Below, piece by piece: positions 37,219 to 39,089 of a stretch of 39,089 nt of DNA. Position 1 is the stretch's first letter. Each line of letters starts with the position of its first letter. The translations under genes were made by a program, and so were the position numbers. Origin of the DNA: Candidatus Velthaea sp. (GTDB lineage Bacteria; Vulcanimicrobiota; Vulcanimicrobiia; Vulcanimicrobiales; Vulcanimicrobiaceae); the NCBI GenBank assembly GCA_050012475.1, contig JBEKHC010000042.1:1-39089 (forward strand), given 5' to 3'. The notes under the pieces were generated by a model. That model had not been told where the DNA came from. It ran no database searches and saw only the letters and a list, made by a program, of their open reading frames with translations.

Positions 37219-37246
37219 ATTGTACCGCCAGGTGGCGTTTCGTCAA
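37219..37246 (-). promoter_or_regulatory. Sigma-70/SigA promoter for the M-box transcript
   Basis: TTGACG-N16-TACAAT, placing the transcription start near 37212, just before the aptamer. Confidence 0.8.
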
Positions 37247-37446
37247 GCCCAACCCGGTTCAGAAACGCTGTCGCTGAACTGTTGATCCTTTCGCAGCCCG
37301 TCTCAGCGCGAGAAGCTCTTACCCGACTCGTACCTGGAATAGCTCGACAAGTTTTGGTCCATGTGCATTGACGGAATCAGGATCCGGCATTCCTTGGAAA
37401 ACCCTGGGATTGGGGAATCCTAGGCGCGGCCGTCAAATGTCTACAC

Positions 37447-37719
37447 ATGTTGTCCCTTGATGAATATCACGCTTTGGTGCACGCCGACGCACGGGACGCG
37501 GCGGAACGTAGCTTGCGGTGCGAATTCGGTCGCCTTAGCAACAGGCGCATTGTAAGTGTCTTGCGACCGGCGGCCGACCAAGTCGACGAACTACGCGGAC
37601 GCTCCGATCGCGATCTTCTCGATGACTGGTTTATGGCGTTTACGCTCTATCGGAAAGAGATGCGGAGCGCTTCACCCTGGGCTCCGTTCGAGCACGCGGC
37701 GTTGAGACTAAGCCGCTGA
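37447..37719 (+). CDS. Hypothetical protein (90 aa)
   Basis: Plausible helical composition and occupies an otherwise empty region; no clear RBS or family motif. Confidence 0.4.
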   Translation: MLSLDEYHALVHADARDAAERSLRCEFGRLSNRRIVSVLRPAADQVDELRGRSDRDLLDDWFMAFTLYRKEMRSASPWAPFEHAALRLSR

Positions 37720-38054
37720 CGCCAGCATCGGCTAGGCGCGTGCGGGCGATCACAGATCGCGTCTTGAGAAGTGCTGTGAGACCGCGAAGGGGATGCGACT
37801 GGCGGTCCGTTGGTGCTCGGCGATGGGTTGTCAGGAGCGCTCATGAGCGGCCTCTCGATCAAAGACGGCGCCGAAGTTGAGTGACTTTGTCGTTGCGCGC
37901 GACATGGAGGCTGTCCGTCGTCGACCGATACCCGGTTTCGACGGCGCCGTTAACCGGCTGCCCCGATCTCACCAAGGGATTGACCGGCGGCTTCACACGG
38001 CGTAGCGCGAACCGCGATCTGCAGACGTGTCCGGTGTCAGTTAGCTTCTGTATC

Positions 38055-39059
38055 TCAGTTTTGAGGCGACAGCAAAACACGGCCCGTCAACTCATGTGAC
38101 TCGAGAAGCTCGTGGGCTCGTGCCGCTTCGGCCAGCGGCTGGATGGTGTAGTTTGGTGGACGGATGAGGCCGGCGCTCAGCCGGTTTGTGAGCGCTGAGA
38201 TGCCGTCGCGAAGCGCATGACCATCGAGTGTCTCGGAAGAGTAGCCGGTGAGCGTGACCGGACGGATAAGTTCCCAGGCGTCGAAATTGACGTTGCCTCC
38301 GGCGACTGCGCCAACGAACGAGAGGACGCCGCCTGGCCGCAGAGCCTTCACGCATGTGCCAAAGAGATGACCGCCCACCGCGTCGATGACCCCGTCGAAG
38401 GTTGCCGCTTCCAGCACCGGCGGAGCGTCCTTCGGAGAGATCACCACGGCACAGGCGCCGAGGGCGCGGACGGCCTCCTCGTGCTCGGGGCGGGAAATCA
38501 CTCCGGTTACGAGTGCTTCTTGAGCTCGGGCAATCGCTACGGCCGCCGAACCAATCCCGCCGGCAGCTCCCGTCACAAGAATTCGCTTGTTCGGCATGGA
38601 CCCGATTCGGCGCAACCCCTCATAGGCGGTAATGCCGACGAGCCCGAATGCCGCAATGTCGTACGGATCGACTCCGGCAGGCAATGTGGTCGCTGCAGCA
38701 GCGGCGACATCTAAATATTCCGCATAGCCTCCGGTGCGCTCCGCGCGAACGCCGCCAAGACCTTGCATCATGGTGATTACGCGATCGCCGCGGCAAAAAT
38801 CCAATACGTCACTGCCGATCGCCACGATCTCGCCGACAACCTCAACTCCTGGAATATATGGAAATGGGTCGGGCGCTCTGATCGGCCAATTTCCTGCCCG
38901 TATTTCCAAATCGGTATGATTAACCGCCGATGCGATGCTGCGAATCCGGACGTCGCCCGGCTTGAGCGGCGGTAGCGATACCTCTGCGCGGGTTAGCACC
39001 CGGGGAGGGCCATATTCGCGCATGAGGATTACGTGCGCACTAGTCGGCATTTCGGCCAC
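38055..39059 (-). CDS. NADPH:quinone oxidoreductase, zeta-crystallin-like MDR family
   Basis: AVNHTDL..R.G, PYIPGVEVVG, GGYAEY, ILVTGAAGGIGS and EAARAHELLES...GRVLL; GTG start with AGAGGG RBS. Confidence 0.9.
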   Translation of the reverse strand: MAEMPTSAHVILMREYGPPRVLTRAEVSLPPLKPGDVRIRSIASAVNHTDLEIRAGNWPIRAPDPFPYIPGVEVVGEIVAIGSDVLDFCRGDRVITMMQGLGGVRAERTGGYAEYLDVAAAAATTLPAGVDPYDIAAFGLVGITAYEGLRRIGSMPNKRILVTGAAGGIGSAAVAIARAQEALVTGVISRPEHEEAVRALGACAVVISPKDAPPVLEAATFDGVIDAVGGHLFGTCVKALRPGGVLSFVGAVAGGNVNFDAWELIRPVTLTGYSSETLDGHALRDGISALTNRLSAGLIRPPNYTIQPLAEAARAHELLESHELTGRVLLSPQN

Positions 39060-39089
39060 GGTAGTCCCTCTACACGGTCGACGAGAATT

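Noticed and set aside
36882..37277. ORFs 36882..37220 (-) and 36693..37277 (+)
   Set aside because: They run through the M-box aptamer, terminator and promoter, which explain the sequence.
37720..38054. Possible ncRNA or small ORFs between the 90-aa ORF and the oxidoreductase
   Set aside because: Only weak GC-rich hairpins and short ORFs without RBS or recognisable motifs.

Overview
High-GC bacterial chromosomal window. The Firmicute-style flagellar gene set (TIGR02530, flbD, FliY-like switch), Gram-positive LexA box and M-box suggest a Terrabacteria-type organism; this lineage call is only an inference. Bases 1-23 kb hold a minus-strand flagellar cluster: fliF-G-H-I-J, motE-like, fliK, flgD, TIGR02530, flgE, flbD, motA, motB, fliM, fliY/N, fliO-P-Q-R and a partial flhB. 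It is interrupted by three non-canonical genes: a TPR/ATP-grasp protein, a GT2-TPR glycosyltransferase and an oppositely oriented CheB/CheR/PAS fusion. Bases 23-30 kb hold purA, an atypical NarL/LuxR regulator, a GH125 hydrolase, an orphan phosphopantetheinyl transferase and recA-recX with a LexA box. An unannotated 59-aa Cys/His-rich ORF with a strong RBS follows recX. Bases 30-35.5 kb hold amino-sugar and surface-glycan genes: WbpD- and WbpE-like enzymes, a CE4-like protein, a GT4 and a malectin lipoprotein. The last three lie downstream of a near-perfect sigma-28 promoter like those before fliF, fliK and motA. Bases 36-37.3 kb hold a complete sigma-70 promoter, M-box (ykoK) Mg2+ riboswitch and terminator. 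These precede a Pro-rich mini-ORF and three ATGA-coupled small ORFs, the last being a stand-alone MgtC C-terminal domain. The window ends with a quinone oxidoreductase. All calls come from reading the sequence and motifs; no database searches were run.
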